DNA of 61,541 bases from Clostridia bacterium (GTDB lineage: Bacteria; Bacillota; Clostridia; Oscillospirales; CAG-272), in assembly GCA_017623975.1 (NCBI GenBank), contig JAGANX010000018.1:1-61541 (forward strand). Direction: 5' to 3'. A program made the translations under genes and the position numbers. The notes beneath the pieces were generated by a model. That model searched no databases. It was not told the origin of the DNA and saw nothing but the letters and a program-made list of their open reading frames with translations. Shown here piece after piece: positions 60,622-61,541 of this stretch (position 1 is its first letter; each line of letters begins with the position of its first letter).

Positions 60622-61359
60622 ATGGCTTACGGAATAATTTTTGACCTTGACGGTACTCTTGCCGATACAATGGATGATTTAAAAACCGCTATGAACTCTA
60701 CCCTTGCTATTTTAGGCTATGAGCCACGCACAAAATTTGAGCTTTTAAACTTTATAAATAACGGTTCACGGGAGTTTGTTCGCCGTTCCTTGCCTACCGC
60801 TGTGCAAACGGAAAATTTTATTATAGACAGCGCCCTTGAAATTTACGGGCAGGAATATGAAAAATGCTTTTGTGATAAAACACGGGCTTTTACAGGAATT
60901 TACGAAGCTGTGCAGGTTTTGAAAAACGAAAAATTTAAGCTTGGCGTTTTGTCAAACAAGCCTGACAAATTTGTTAAAACCATAGTTGCAAAGCTTTTCG
61001 GCTTTGATGCCTTTGATTTTGTTTTGGGTCAAAGCGACCTCCCCCATAAGCCTGACCCTGCCTCTGCTTTATTTGTTGCCAAGATGATTGGCGTTAAACC
61101 CAATAAATGCATTTTTGTAGGCGACTCCGATGTGGATATTAAAACCGCCATCAATGCCGGTATGCGTTCCATTGGTGTTTCTTGGGGATACCGCAGCGTA
61201 GAATTGCTCACCGAAACAGGTGCTAACTATATAGCGGAAAGCCCAAATCAAATTATCGAGCATGCAAAAGAGGTTATACGTATTACAAGGCTTGAAAAGA
61301 AAATGAAAAAGGAACACGAAAATAAAGAATTAAGCATATATAAGCAAAAAAGGGGCTGA
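60622..61359 (+). CDS. HAD-family phosphatase (phosphoglycolate phosphatase-like)
   Basis: FDLDGTL, SNK, KPDP and VGDSDVD. Confidence 0.88.
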   Translation: MAYGIIFDLDGTLADTMDDLKTAMNSTLAILGYEPRTKFELLNFINNGSREFVRRSLPTAVQTENFIIDSALEIYGQEYEKCFCDKTRAFTGIYEAVQVLKNEKFKLGVLSNKPDKFVKTIVAKLFGFDAFDFVLGQSDLPHKPDPASALFVAKMIGVKPNKCIFVGDSDVDIKTAINAGMRSIGVSWGYRSVELLTETGANYIAESPNQIIEHAKEVIRITRLEKKMKKEHENKELSIYKQKRG

Positions 61360-61404
61360 CACATTAGCAATCCCGATTTTACAAGCAAATACGGAACAAA
61401 ATGA

Positions 61405-61541
61405 TAAATTGTCAAGCTAAGTGCAACAGGAATTAACAAAAAGTTCAAATAAATCAATAGGTTTAAGATAACCAATAACTTTTTTGGGTCTGGCGTTGAT
61501 CAACGCCAGATTCTTTTTTAATGTGGTAGGACTAACTCTTG
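61405..61541 (-). mobile_element. IS30-family element end: transposase C-terminus (stop at 61417-61419) and terminal IR region
   Basis: Manual translation RVSPTTLKKNLALINARPKKVIGYLKPIDLFELFVNSCCT* matches the IS30 N.RP+K.LGY..P tail; overlaps TGTTGCACTTAGCTTGACAATT. Confidence 0.7.

Noticed and set aside
61248-61475. 75-aa hydrophobic minus-strand ORF
   Set aside because: Overlaps the HAD gene and the IS end; a different frame gives the IS30-like tail

Overview
An AT-rich window from a Clostridia-like (Bacillota) chromosome, with canonical TTGACA-17-TATAAT promoters, a T-box and GGAG RBSs. It is bounded by mobile-element fragments absent from the ORF track: a RAYT transposase 5' part at the left edge and an IS30-like transposase 3' end at the right. 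Contents: tRNA-Ser(GCT); uxaB-uxaA-uxaC with scattered CAZymes (GH78, GH3, GH5-like, SGNH); many secreted or lipoprotein BspA/LRR and Cys/His-repeat proteins; a GRE-M20 peptidase-activase operon; T-box-controlled stand-alone trpB; an acyl-CoA dehydratase activase fusion; a MORN protein; cysK; and a HAD phosphatase. The most striking element is a solitary 982-aa YonO/eukaryotic-RdRP-like double-psi-barrel polymerase (DFDSD motif) with its own host-type promoter, long leader and terminator, and no phage genes nearby. All family calls come from motif recognition by eye; no searches were run.
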